Shown: positions 1-9,062 of the stretch, piece after piece | How the letters are laid out: the number at the start of each line of letters is the position of its first letter | Position numbering within the stretch: the first letter of the stretch is position 1 | Origin: Candidatus Woesearchaeota archaeon | GTDB taxonomy: Archaea; Nanobdellota; Nanobdellia; Woesearchaeales; JBAZVA01 | NCBI GenBank assembly: GCA_041661165.1 | Contig: JBAZVA010000003.1 | Span: 1 to 53,972, forward strand | DNA: 53,972 nucleotides | Reading direction: 5' to 3' | Position numbers and translations under genes: made by a program | Notes under the pieces: generated by a model | What the model was told of the DNA's origin: nothing | What the model saw: the letters and a program-made list of their open reading frames with translations, nothing else | Databases searched by the model: none

Positions 1-1
1 T

Positions 2-187
2 ACGTGTAAAAAAAGTGGTGTATATAGTAAAACAATGAATTGTTTCTTTATTTTGAATTTAGAGAATAAAAGTATTTATTATGTGGGAGAAAAGAATATT
101 AGTAAAAAATACACTTCTACTATATCAAGAATGATATTTATAGAAAATAAAATGGCACTTCTTACTGTTGGTGTTCAAAATGAATAA
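2..187 (+). CDS. 3' end of an ORF running off the left window edge (partial). Likely another surface protein of the pilus cluster.
   Basis: Manual translation: the frame is open from position 2 to TAA at 185-187 (...NKSIYYVGEKNISKKYTSTISRMIFIENKMALLTVGVQNE*). The stop overlaps the next gene's ATG (ATGAATAA). Contains N-X-S/T sequons. Confidence 0.3.
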   Translation, partial: TCKKSGVYSKTMNCFFILNLENKSIYYVGEKNISKKYTSTISRMIFIENKMALLTVGVQNE

Positions 188-575
188 ACGTGCTTTTATT
201 TTTTCTCTTGAAGCAATGGTTGCACTTTTAATTTCTTTGCTTTTTATTGGTAGTATACTTTTTATGATAACTTCGATAAATGATGCTGTTGCATATTCTG
301 ATTCAATGCGACCTCTATCACAGGATATATTAACGTTATTGGACGATTCAAATCAAATGTTAAATGAAACAAGAGTATCTGTTTTGATTGATGATTTACT
401 TCCAAATAGATTTTGTGCAAGACTTGATGTGTCAAACACAGATGATTATTTGGTTTATTCTTATATTAAGAAAACTTGCAAAGAAACTGGCGAACAGTAT
501 ATAATTAGTAAGAGAACATATATTGATGGCGACAATATGTATGTGGCAAAAATTTTGATGTGGTATAATGACTAA
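180..575 (+). CDS. Type IV pilin-like protein (class III signal peptide)
   Basis: N-terminus MNKRAFIFSLEAMVALLISLLFIG: basic residues, then A|F, a conserved Glu and a hydrophobic helix, as in prepilins. The track ORF starts at TTG 168; ATG 180 is more likely. Sits directly upstream of the pilus ATPase genes. Confidence 0.55.
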   Translation: MNKRAFIFSLEAMVALLISLLFIGSILFMITSINDAVAYSDSMRPLSQDILTLLDDSNQMLNETRVSVLIDDLLPNRFCARLDVSNTDDYLVYSYIKKTCKETGEQYIISKRTYIDGDNMYVAKILMWYND

Positions 576-1347
576 AATAATTACTAATAATTTTATCAAT
601 AGACCTATTTGTTTTTTAAGAATTAAAAAAGTACAAAAAAAAGCAATGATATATAGTGTTATTTCAATAATTATGATAGGACTTTTATTTGTTTTTCTTT
701 TTATGTATCAAAATTATATCTCAAGTAAAGAATACGATTTACAAATAGCATTAGGAATTTTAGTTATTGATGATGTTGTTAAAGATATACAAAAAGATAT
801 GTTAAAACAATCTTATAATCATGTAAATATAGTTGGTCAGAATAAAATAATAAGAAACATTTCTTTTTTCAATTATACTTCTTATGAGAATTTTATTAAT
901 AATTATTATTTTAAAAAAGCAAACATAAATATGATTCTTGTTTCGAATGATTCAATAGTTACAAAAGATTTTGCGATTAACAAAGAAACTATATCAATAC
1001 TAAACGGCTCATATATTAGAACAGATATTTATATTCCTCAAAATAATTTTTCAATAATAGATCAATCCTATGCTTCTGGTAATTATAATTTGTCTATTTA
1101 TTTTTATAATCAAAGCGATATGCTACTTTTTTTCATAAATAAATTAGTGAATGTTTCAAAAGATAGTCATGTATATCTTTCAAATGGTGCTAATGTTACT
1201 ATAACAAAGAATAGTATTTATTTCAAAAATATGCTTTATTATACAATTGATGTATATACAAACAAAACTAATAATGTATGGTTTGGTTCAACTCTTAATG
1301 TTACAATAGGGAAAAATGGATATTTTGGTAATGTTTTGATGAATTAA
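568..1347 (+). CDS. Membrane-anchored surface protein with many N-glycosylation sequons (pilus-cluster associated)
   Basis: One N-terminal TM helix (MIYSVISIIMIGLLFVFLFM). About ten N-X-S/T sequons (NYTS, NGSY, NFSI, NLSI, NQSD, NVSK, NVTI, NKTN). Overlaps the upstream gene by 8 nt. Confidence 0.5.
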   Translation: MTKIITNNFINRPICFLRIKKVQKKAMIYSVISIIMIGLLFVFLFMYQNYISSKEYDLQIALGILVIDDVVKDIQKDMLKQSYNHVNIVGQNKIIRNISFFNYTSYENFINNYYFKKANINMILVSNDSIVTKDFAINKETISILNGSYIRTDIYIPQNNFSIIDQSYASGNYNLSIYFYNQSDMLLFFINKLVNVSKDSHVYLSNGANVTITKNSIYFKNMLYYTIDVYTNKTNNVWFGSTLNVTIGKNGYFGNVLMN

Positions 1348-1378
1348 TGTGATTTTCAAATGAGTGTGTTTTATAACT

Positions 1379-1486
1379 AAACGTTACCGGCAAACAGAAC
1401 AGTATGCAGTAATAAAATAAGATCTTTAGACTATGTGATTTAGATTGGTACAATTATTAGTAATGAAAGCAAGGCCGGTAACGTTT
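1379..1486 (+). repeat. Clamp-hairpin repeat, type A, copy 1
   Basis: aaacgtt-ACCGGCAAACAGAACAGTATGCAG...TCTTTAGA...ATTATTAG...GCAAGGCCGGT-aacgttt. Shares the clamp and interior motifs with 11 other copies. Confidence 0.85.
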
Positions 1487-1561
1487 TGGATATATTTTAC
1501 CAAACAACAACGTTTAAAAATTCAAGAGATTATTATATAATTATTAAAAAGATGGTGAACG

Positions 1562-2503
1562 ATGACTGAAAGTAGAAAAAACACTACAAAATTAAGCAGT
1601 GCAGTTACTCCACAGATAAGTGCCGCTATTCAAAAGATTAGTGCTGCTGCTAAGTTAAACAATGCAATTACGCAGAGTTCTGTTCCAAAACAAAAGCTTA
1701 TTCATTCTTTAAAAACAAAATTACGAGAAAAAGTTAGAGAAAAAGTTGTAAAAGAGCACAACATTAAGAGAAAAGATGAATATCATGATAAAGAATTCAA
1801 TCCTCACAAAAGAGTTCCTTCAGGAATACCAGGGTTTGATGATTTAACAGAAGGTGGATTTGTTTTAAATTCTATAAATCTTCTTGGTGGAGATGCTGGT
1901 TCTGGTAAGAGTCTTTTTGCTATGCAGTTTATTATTAAAGGTATAGAACAATTTAATGAGAGTGGTGTTTACATTTCTTTTGAAGAATCAAAAATTGTTG
2001 TGTTCGAACGTATGAAAGAATATGGTTGGGATTTGCAAAAACTCGAAAACGAAAAAAAGTTTGTATATTTGCAATATACGCCGGAACAAGTAGAGCAAGT
2101 TTTAGAGTCAGGTGGTGGAATAATTGCGGATGTTGTTCAATCAATTGGTGCAAAGCGTGTTGTTTTTGATTCGCTTACTGCGTTTGCTTTTTTGTTTGAT
2201 TCAGAATTTAAGCAAAGAAGTTCTCTTTTATCGTTATTTGCCCTTATTAGAAAATGGGGTTGTACTGCAATTTTAATTGCTGAAGAAGAGCCTGATTTAA
2301 AGGCTCACAAGGCAAATATTATGGAATTCGAATCAGATTGCGATGTTCTAATTTACAATATTTTAATGGAAAATAAACGTGAACACGTAGTAGAAATATA
2401 CAAAATGCGTGGGACTAATCATTCAAGAAATATTTATCCATTAAAAATTGCAGATGATGGAATTTCTATAAATAAATCTGTGTATATTCAACAGATTAAT
2501 TAG
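1562..2503 (+). CDS. KaiC/RecA-superfamily ATPase, ArlH(FlaH)-like
   Basis: GIPGFDDLTEGG...LLGGDAGSGKSLFAMQF (Walker A) and a VVFDSLTAF Walker B-like strand. Lies immediately upstream of the ArlI/PilB-like ATPase. Has an N-terminal extension of about 85 aa. Confidence 0.75.
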   Translation: MTESRKNTTKLSSAVTPQISAAIQKISAAAKLNNAITQSSVPKQKLIHSLKTKLREKVREKVVKEHNIKRKDEYHDKEFNPHKRVPSGIPGFDDLTEGGFVLNSINLLGGDAGSGKSLFAMQFIIKGIEQFNESGVYISFEESKIVVFERMKEYGWDLQKLENEKKFVYLQYTPEQVEQVLESGGGIIADVVQSIGAKRVVFDSLTAFAFLFDSEFKQRSSLLSLFALIRKWGCTAILIAEEEPDLKAHKANIMEFESDCDVLIYNILMENKREHVVEIYKMRGTNHSRNIYPLKIADDGISINKSVYIQQIN

Positions 2504-2641
2504 TTATTTTACACATTATTCTGTGTAATTATGCGTATTTTTCTTATGTTGTTACAATGCAGTAGTTTCCAAATTTATGATTATTTCGTTTTAAAAACGT
2601 TTTTAAATACTATTATATAATCTATTATAAAAGGGGGGAAC

Positions 2642-5248
2642 ATGGGAAAACAAACTAAAAAGAAAGTTTCTACTGTAAAGTCTGTTATAAGTAAATCTCC
2701 TGTTACAAACTCCACTTCGAAAAAGAAAACTATTGTTAAATCTAATTCTTCAAAAATCATATCAAATTCTTCAAAGATTAAATCAGATCCGCAAATTAAA
2801 TCAAATCCTCTCGCGATAAATTCCACTTCCTCAAAAATAACTCCTACGAAAAATACTGTAACAAAAATAACAACAACACAAACTGATGAAAAACTTATAT
2901 TTGTTCCAGAACAGATAAGAACTATTGCAGACGATATTTTAGATATTGTAAACGATTTTGAAAAAATTCATTTAAAACAGCTAATGACTAACATTCGTTT
3001 CAACGTAAATGCAAAAGGAGTTCCGATAGTGTGTGCATCCTGTGTTCATCTAAAAGATAAAGAAAATAGTGAAACTAAGTTTATAGGTTATGAACAGATA
3101 AAGAATATAAAAGTAAAAACTGTTAATGATAACGAAGAAAAAAATGATGTTATTTCTTCAAAAGAAAAAGATGATAAAACAGAGATAATATTAAAAAATA
3201 AAAACATAGAAACTAAGAAAGAAATTAAAAATGAAAAATCAAAACAAAAATACGAAATAAAAGAGTTTATAACAAAAATTATTGTTCATAGTGCCGGATG
3301 TGTGCACCAGCAAAAAAATAAATCTAAACTTGGAAGAGAGATATCTGTAAGTGTTTCAAAAAATATAGATATAATAGAGTACGATTTAGAAAAATGGGTT
3401 CATTCTTTAGCAGAATATGGTACGATAGAAGTTGTTTTTCCAATAAATATTTTTGCAGATATCTTAATTAAGAAAAAAGAGCAATCGTTGCAAAAAAAAG
3501 AGATGAAAGAAGAAACTTTGATAAATAAAAACAAGAAAAAACTGCACGAATACATTATTGAGCGAGATGGAGTTATATCAAAAGTTATTATTTGGGATAT
3601 TCCTACTGAGAATGTTGGTATTTACGAACTTATAAATTCGAAAATATGTATTGGAACAGAAAGTATGCTAAAAGGAGTTGGAAAAAAATTAACTGATGCA
3701 ATAAAAATTTCAAGTGAAGATATTACAGATCCAAAAAAAATGATGGAATTAAAAGATTCATTCAAAATATTGTCAGAGAAAATATTAGGAGACGTTTTTT
3801 CTACAAAAGACAAAAAAACGTTTGACTATTTGGTTGGAACCCTTGTTCATAGATTTTATGGTCTTGGTATTTTAGAATTAATAATTGCAGATGATTTTTT
3901 AGAAGAAATAGTAATAAATAGTTCAACAGAAGCAATTTCTGTATATCATAGAAAATATGGTTGGTTAAAGACTACGCAATATATTAACACAGAAATGGAT
4001 ATTTACAATATTTCTGCACAAATTGGTCGAAAAGTTGGACAGCAAATAAATTCTTTAAATCCAATAATGGATGCTCATCTTTTAACAGGTGACAGAGTAG
4101 CATCAACTATTTTCCCTGTTTCAACATCAGGAAATACAATAACAATACGACGTTTTTCAAGAAATCCTTGGTCACTTATTAATTTTATTTCAGACGATAT
4201 GCATTTATTTTCAAAAGAAATAGGTGCGATAGTTTGGCTTTGTATGCAATACGAATTAAATATTATTGTTGCAGGTGGAACTGCGTCAGGTAAAACTTCA
4301 GTTTTAAATATTCTTTCGTCAATGATTACTCCACAGAATAGAATTTTGTCAATTGAAGATACGCGTGAAATTCAACTTCCGGAAGCTTTACACTGGAATT
4401 GGATTCCTCTTACTAGTAAACGTCCAAATCCCGAAGGTCAAGGAGAAGTATCTATGCTTGATTTGATAGTTGCTGCACTTAGAATGCGTCCTGACAGAAT
4501 TATTGTAGGTGAAATACGTAAACCGGAACAAGCACAAGCATTATTTGAAGCAATGCATACTGGTCATTCAGTTTATGCTACACTTCATGCAGATACTGCT
4601 TCTCAAGTAATTGACAGATTAAAAGAAAAACCAATGAGTATTCCTGCAACAGAACTTTCTGCGCTTCATTTAATTATTATGCAGTATCGTGATAGAAGAA
4701 CAGGTAAAAGAAGAACAAGAGAAGTTGTTGAAATAACTCCATCAAAGGATGGGATATCTCTAAATCATTTATACAGATGGCAACCAAGAACAGATCGTTT
4801 TGAAAAAGTTAATGATTCAATTAGGATTTTCGAAGAACTATCGCTTCATACAGGAATGACTCCGCATGATATTGAAGAGGATCTTTCAAAAAAAGCAAAA
4901 TTACTTCAATGGATGTTAGATTGTAAAGTTTTTAACAATAATTTGATAGGTGATGTTTTCAGATATTATTACAAGGACCCAGAGTGGTTGTTCGAAGAAT
5001 CAAAAACAAAAACAGTACAGCAGGTATTAGACGAAGTTAATGAACAGAAATTTGCTTTTGTTGACAAAAAAGACGAAGAACTTCATTACAAAAAGGATAA
5101 AAAAGAACTTATTGCAGAGCAATTTTATAAAAAGTTTGATACTTATAACGACGAAAACTGGTTAAAATTCTTAAAAACAATTGACCTGTCTGATCCGGAA
5201 ACTGACGATTTATTATATGAAGTTAAAAAAGAATTAAAGAAGACATGA
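2642..5248 (+). CDS. Type IV pilus/archaellum assembly ATPase (ArlI/FlaI-PilB-VirB11 family) with a large N-terminal extension
   Basis: VAGGTASGKTSVLN (Walker A), SIEDTREI, RPDRIIVGEIR...EAMHTGHSVYATLHA (His box). 868 aa. The first ~380 aa are K/S/T-rich and low complexity, with two xCVH motifs. GGGGGG Shine-Dalgarno-like sequence upstream. Confidence 0.85.
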   Translation: MGKQTKKKVSTVKSVISKSPVTNSTSKKKTIVKSNSSKIISNSSKIKSDPQIKSNPLAINSTSSKITPTKNTVTKITTTQTDEKLIFVPEQIRTIADDILDIVNDFEKIHLKQLMTNIRFNVNAKGVPIVCASCVHLKDKENSETKFIGYEQIKNIKVKTVNDNEEKNDVISSKEKDDKTEIILKNKNIETKKEIKNEKSKQKYEIKEFITKIIVHSAGCVHQQKNKSKLGREISVSVSKNIDIIEYDLEKWVHSLAEYGTIEVVFPINIFADILIKKKEQSLQKKEMKEETLINKNKKKLHEYIIERDGVISKVIIWDIPTENVGIYELINSKICIGTESMLKGVGKKLTDAIKISSEDITDPKKMMELKDSFKILSEKILGDVFSTKDKKTFDYLVGTLVHRFYGLGILELIIADDFLEEIVINSSTEAISVYHRKYGWLKTTQYINTEMDIYNISAQIGRKVGQQINSLNPIMDAHLLTGDRVASTIFPVSTSGNTITIRRFSRNPWSLINFISDDMHLFSKEIGAIVWLCMQYELNIIVAGGTASGKTSVLNILSSMITPQNRILSIEDTREIQLPEALHWNWIPLTSKRPNPEGQGEVSMLDLIVAALRMRPDRIIVGEIRKPEQAQALFEAMHTGHSVYATLHADTASQVIDRLKEKPMSIPATELSALHLIIMQYRDRRTGKRRTREVVEITPSKDGISLNHLYRWQPRTDRFEKVNDSIRIFEELSLHTGMTPHDIEEDLSKKAKLLQWMLDCKVFNNNLIGDVFRYYYKDPEWLFEESKTKTVQQVLDEVNEQKFAFVDKKDEELHYKKDKKELIAEQFYKKFDTYNDENWLKFLKTIDLSDPETDDLLYEVKKELKKT

Positions 5249-5254
5249 TTTTAA

Positions 5255-5298
5255 GTAATTTGTTTTAAGAAAGTTTAAAGTGATTTGTTTTAAGAAAG
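5255..5298 (+). repeat. 19-bp direct repeat x2 (GTRATTTGTTTTAAGAAAG), 25-bp period
   Basis: 5255-5273 and 5280-5298 match at 18 of 19 positions. Followed by ATTTTGGCAA x2 at 5299-5308 and 5315-5324. Confidence 0.6.
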
Positions 5299-5356
5299 AT
5301 TTTGGCAAAGAATTATTTTGGCAATATGATATTTTATAGAAAAGTATCGTTTGTCG

Positions 5357-5494
5357 GTAAGTAATAAGTGTTTACTTCACCGGCAAACTACAAGTATTGA
5401 TGCTAAATATTTGCACATACTCCGTTGGCAAGAATGAGTGAAAATGATTGGCAATCGCAAGAGAGCCGGTTCGTGTGAACACTTATTATTTACA
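5357..5494 (+). mobile_element. Clamp-hairpin element, type B (MITE-like) with a 7-bp target-site duplication
   Basis: Arms GTAAGTAATAAGTGTTTAC / GTGAACACTTATTATTTAC enclose ACCGGCAAACTACAAG...GCTAAATATTTG...GAGAGCCGGT. Flanked by the direct repeat TTTGTCG (5350-5356 and 5495-5501). Confidence 0.8.
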
Positions 5495-5527
5495 TTTGTC
5501 GTATGTCTTTTTTGATTATAAATAAAT

Positions 5528-5578
5528 TAAGATTGTAGACGAACTAAAATTGTAAACAAACTAAGATTGTAAACAAAT
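5528..5578 (+). repeat. 17-bp tandem repeat x3 (TAARATTGTARACRAAY) upstream of the platform gene
   Basis: Units at 5528, 5545 and 5562 lie head to tail. A degenerate fourth unit spans 5579-5595. Confidence 0.7.
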
Positions 5579-5610
5579 TAAATTTTAAGATTAAATTTAT
5601 ATTAACCGTT

Positions 5611-6519
5611 GTGAATTTTACCATGGAAACTCCAAATAATCAACATATTCCTTTTATGCTGTTTAATGCAGAAAGATTAAAAAAATTAAAACGTTTAAGG
5701 GGAATAGCAAAACTTTTTTCTAAAATTATTCCTGAAGGAAACTCTTTAATGGAAAGAAGTGGTGTAAATTTATCTTGCGAAGATTACACAATTGGTGCAT
5801 TACTTTCCGGATTAGTTTATTTTTTATTATTTGGAGGAATGTTGTTTGTCGTATCAAATACTTTCAAGGGAAATATTGAAGAAGCACTTCGTGTTGGTGT
5901 AGGAGCGGGGTTTGGATTAGGATTTATGTTTTTCTTTTTAATGATGACTTATCCAAAAACACTTGCAAAGAAAAAAGCTGACATGGTTGATAGATATTTA
6001 ATTTATGCACTTAAAGATTTTTTAATGCAAATTTCTGCAGGTAATTCAGTTTATAATGCGTGTGTCGAGATAGCAAATGCAAATTATGGTCAGGTATCTA
6101 TAGAATTTGAAATTGTGGCAAAAAAGATTCAGACAGGGATGCCTGTAGAACAAGCATTGGAAGAAATTGCAAAACATAACGATTCAAAATATTTCAAGAA
6201 AGTTATTTGGCAGTTAGTTAATACAATACGTGCCGGTGCATCCTTAAAAGAAGCATTGTTTAGTATCATAAATGATCTTAATGAATCACAAAAATCAAAA
6301 ATAATAGGGTTTGCAAACGAACTTAATTTGTGGTCACTTATTTACATGCTTTTCGCAGTTGCCATTCCTTCTATTGGAACAACTATGATGGTAATATTAT
6401 CAGCATTTGGGGGTGCAAATTTATCTAGAGGTACATTTGTACTTTTTTTAGTTATTTGTGCATTTATTCAATTTGCAATAATCGGATTTATTAAAGCAAG
6501 AAGACCAGTTGTAGACTAA
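5611..6519 (+). CDS. Type II secretion system F-domain membrane protein (TadB-like / half of ArlJ-PilC)
   Basis: Single T2SF-like domain (YLIYALKDFLMQISAGNSVYNACVEIA...GMPVEQALEEIA) between TM helices. GTG start at 5611, alternative ATG at 5623. Confidence 0.7.
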   Translation: MNFTMETPNNQHIPFMLFNAERLKKLKRLRGIAKLFSKIIPEGNSLMERSGVNLSCEDYTIGALLSGLVYFLLFGGMLFVVSNTFKGNIEEALRVGVGAGFGLGFMFFFLMMTYPKTLAKKKADMVDRYLIYALKDFLMQISAGNSVYNACVEIANANYGQVSIEFEIVAKKIQTGMPVEQALEEIAKHNDSKYFKKVIWQLVNTIRAGASLKEALFSIINDLNESQKSKIIGFANELNLWSLIYMLFAVAIPSIGTTMMVILSAFGGANLSRGTFVLFLVICAFIQFAIIGFIKARRPVVD

Positions 6520-6536
6520 AATTTGGTGAATAAAAA

Positions 6537-7529
6537 ATGAGATTAAGAGAAAGACTTTACATATCGATGACGAATATTATGCCAAAGAAATATGTAGAGT
6601 CAATTTCAAAAATGGCAAGATTTGCAGGTGAAGAAAAAAATATTCGTCAGTGGCTTGGCTCTATAGTTCTTTTAGGTGTAATTTTAATAGTTATATCTAT
6701 ATTTTTACCTTTTGCTATGTATGGAAGTTATTCTTTTAAATATCTCCCATTCGGAATAGCGGGATTATTTTTGTGTGCTTTTTTGGGATATGCTCTTTTA
6801 TATTTCAAAGTTCAAGCAAGAGTAGATGAGGCAGAAAATTATTTGCCTGATGTGTTGCAACTTATCGCAGTAAATTTACGTGCAGGTCTTACTCCATTTG
6901 CTGCAATTAAAATTGCCGGACGTGGTGAATTTGGTTGTCTTGCAGATGAACTTCGTCAATCAACAACAAAAGCATTAGGTCTTGAATCTTTTTCACAATC
7001 GCTTCTTTGTATTAAAGATAAAATTGATTCTCCGGTAGTGGAGCGTGTTATGAAACTTATTTCAACATCTTTAATGACTGGTGGGCATTTAGCAGGACTT
7101 TTAGAAGAATTATCAAACGATATTCGTTCAACTCAAGGTTTAAAGCGAGAAATGATAACAAAAACAAAAACATATACTGCTTTTATTTTATTTACTATTT
7201 TGTTTGGTACTCCTGTACTTTTGGCAATTTCTATACATTTTGTCACGATGATTACTGTCATGACTACTCAAAATGATATGAGTGGTTCGGCACAATTTGA
7301 TTTAGGATTCATGTCTCAAGGTATGACTATTACTCCTTCGTTTCTAATTATGTTATCTGTTATAATGCTTTCAGTTACTTGTCTTTTAGCATCAATGCTT
7401 ATGGGTGTAATAAATAAAGGAAATATGAAGTATGGGCTTAAGTATGCGCCATTTCTGATTCCTGCCGGAATTTTAATGTTTACTTTAGCAAGGTTTGCAG
7501 TTACTAATTTGTTTGCAACACTTGTTTAG
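6537..7529 (+). CDS. Type II secretion system F-domain membrane protein (TadC-like, second half of the platform)
   Basis: LPDVLQLIAVNLRAGLTPFAAIKIA...GGHLAGLLEELSNDIR is T2SF-like. Multiple TM helices. Adjacent to its paralogue. Confidence 0.7.
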   Translation: MRLRERLYISMTNIMPKKYVESISKMARFAGEEKNIRQWLGSIVLLGVILIVISIFLPFAMYGSYSFKYLPFGIAGLFLCAFLGYALLYFKVQARVDEAENYLPDVLQLIAVNLRAGLTPFAAIKIAGRGEFGCLADELRQSTTKALGLESFSQSLLCIKDKIDSPVVERVMKLISTSLMTGGHLAGLLEELSNDIRSTQGLKREMITKTKTYTAFILFTILFGTPVLLAISIHFVTMITVMTTQNDMSGSAQFDLGFMSQGMTITPSFLIMLSVIMLSVTCLLASMLMGVINKGNMKYGLKYAPFLIPAGILMFTLARFAVTNLFATLV

Positions 7530-7540
7530 TTTTTTTAATT

Positions 7541-7652
7541 AATATTTCTACCGGCCTTTGCTTGTATAGCAAATAATAGTACTAATATTATCACTTATTC
7601 TAAAGAAGTAAATTTGTTGCCAGATACTGTTTTGCTTGCCGGTAGAAATATT
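7541..7652 (-). repeat. Clamp-hairpin repeat, type A, copy 2
   Basis: Reverse complement reads aatatttct-ACCGGCAAGCAAAACAGTATCTGG...CTTCTTTAGAATAAG...ATTATTTGCTAT...GCAAAGGCCGGT-agaaatatt. Confidence 0.85.
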
Positions 7653-7708
7653 TAAAACACACTTGCAGACAAAGAAAACAATATAAACACAGTTAGTATT
7701 TTAATATT

Positions 7709-8209
7709 ATGAGACGTAAATTAGTTATTTTGATTGTATTTCTTTCTGTACTTTTGTATGGTTGCACATATTATAACAATTATTGTGATGCTCCAAACGA
7801 TTGTTCAAGATTAAATTTAATGCATGCACATTGTCAGGGGAATTGGGTGTGTGAACAAAACAAATGCGGATGGACTTGCGATGAATTTGCATTAAATACT
7901 TCTAAAGAGACAATATACGATTTAGATAATCAAATAAGAGATACTGATGATAGAAAATTATCTGGCGACGAAAATTCTTCTTTAGTTATACTTATGTCAA
8001 AAGCTACTTGTGAAGATTACGGTGGATTTTGGAATGAGTGTGTCTCTTCTTGTAGATTCAAGAACGAATCTTTTTGTACTGCTGTTTGCGACACTATTTG
8101 TATGTGTGGCTCTCCAAACGAATTTACTTGTCCTTCTGGATATTATTGTAAGATGTATAATCTTGTGACTGGAGAAGGGGAATGTTTGCCTAGTGTTACG
8201 AGAAAGTGA
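7709..8209 (+). CDS. Cys-rich secreted lipoprotein (unknown function)
   Basis: Signal peptide with lipobox LLYG|C. The mature part has about 20 Cys in CxxxC-type spacing. Confidence 0.5.
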   Translation: MRRKLVILIVFLSVLLYGCTYYNNYCDAPNDCSRLNLMHAHCQGNWVCEQNKCGWTCDEFALNTSKETIYDLDNQIRDTDDRKLSGDENSSLVILMSKATCEDYGGFWNECVSSCRFKNESFCTAVCDTICMCGSPNEFTCPSGYYCKMYNLVTGEGECLPSVTRK

Positions 8210-8290
8210 TTTTTTATAAATTAATAATATACAAATTTTAATTATTCTTACAAATTTTAATATTTTTTATTCGGTATTTTTACTAAATAA

Positions 8291-8896
8291 TTATTTCAAA
8301 TGTTTATCGCAATTTAGTTTAATTAATTTAGGAATACTTTTTCCTTTAATATTCTTAAACTCAAAAACACTGACCGCTGTATTTTTTGGCATATATTTTC
8401 TATAATCTTTTGCAGGAATTTTAAGTAAATGTAGTAATATGGCAGTTATTGGTCCACCATGAGTTACTAACAATACTTTTTTGCCATTATGTTTTCTTTT
8501 TATAGTTCTTAAGAATGCTTTAATTCTTTTTTTAAAATCTGCAATTGATTCTCCGCCTTTTGGTCTGAAATTTACTTGTTTTATTCCTAATTTTTCTGCG
8601 GTTTCTCTTTCTATGCCCCACGTTTTGCCTTCAAATTCTCCAACGCTTCTTTCTCTTATTTTAGGTTCATATATTACTTTTGCATTTGGATGAAATTTAA
8701 TAATTTCTTTAGCAGTATCAATTGCTCTTTTTAGATCACTTATGTAAATAAACTCAAATTTTTCTTTTTTTAGACATAAACCTACTTTTTTGGCTTGTTT
8801 AATTCCTAATATAGAAAGTTTGCCGTGTCTTTGACCTTGAATAGTTCCCTTTTTATTAGAAATTGTTTCTCCGTGTCTTACTAATGTTAATCTCAT
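8291..8896 (-). CDS. Histidine phosphatase family protein (phosphoglycerate mutase-like)
   Basis: N-terminal LVRHGET (RHG motif) and C-terminal LLVTHGG. Confidence 0.8.
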   Translation of the reverse strand: MRLTLVRHGETISNKKGTIQGQRHGKLSILGIKQAKKVGLCLKKEKFEFIYISDLKRAIDTAKEIIKFHPNAKVIYEPKIRERSVGEFEGKTWGIERETAEKLGIKQVNFRPKGGESIADFKKRIKAFLRTIKRKHNGKKVLLVTHGGPITAILLHLLKIPAKDYRKYMPKNTAVSVFEFKNIKGKSIPKLIKLNCDKHLK

Positions 8897-8941
8897 AATT
8901 ATACCTTGATTATTATATATAAAAATTTAACTATATTAGTT

Positions 8942-9062
8942 CTGTAGAAAAATTTAACCGGCAAGCAGAATTATTACACAATATGAATTAGTTCTTTAGA
9001 TTCGGTAATTACGATGGGTAAATGATATTACAAATTATGCAAGGCCGGTATATTTTCTACAG
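8942..9062 (+). repeat. Clamp-hairpin repeat, type A, copy 3
   Basis: ctgtagaaaa...ACCGGCAAGCAGAATTATTACAC...GTTCTTTAGATTC...TTATGCAAGGCCGGT...ttttctacag. Confidence 0.85.

Noticed and set aside
2509-2528. Hairpin TTACACA-ttattc-TGTGTAA after the KaiC-like gene, as an intrinsic terminator
   Set aside because: The stem is AT-rich and only 7 bp. Archaeal termination relies on oligo-T tracts, and the downstream ATPase gene is probably co-transcribed.
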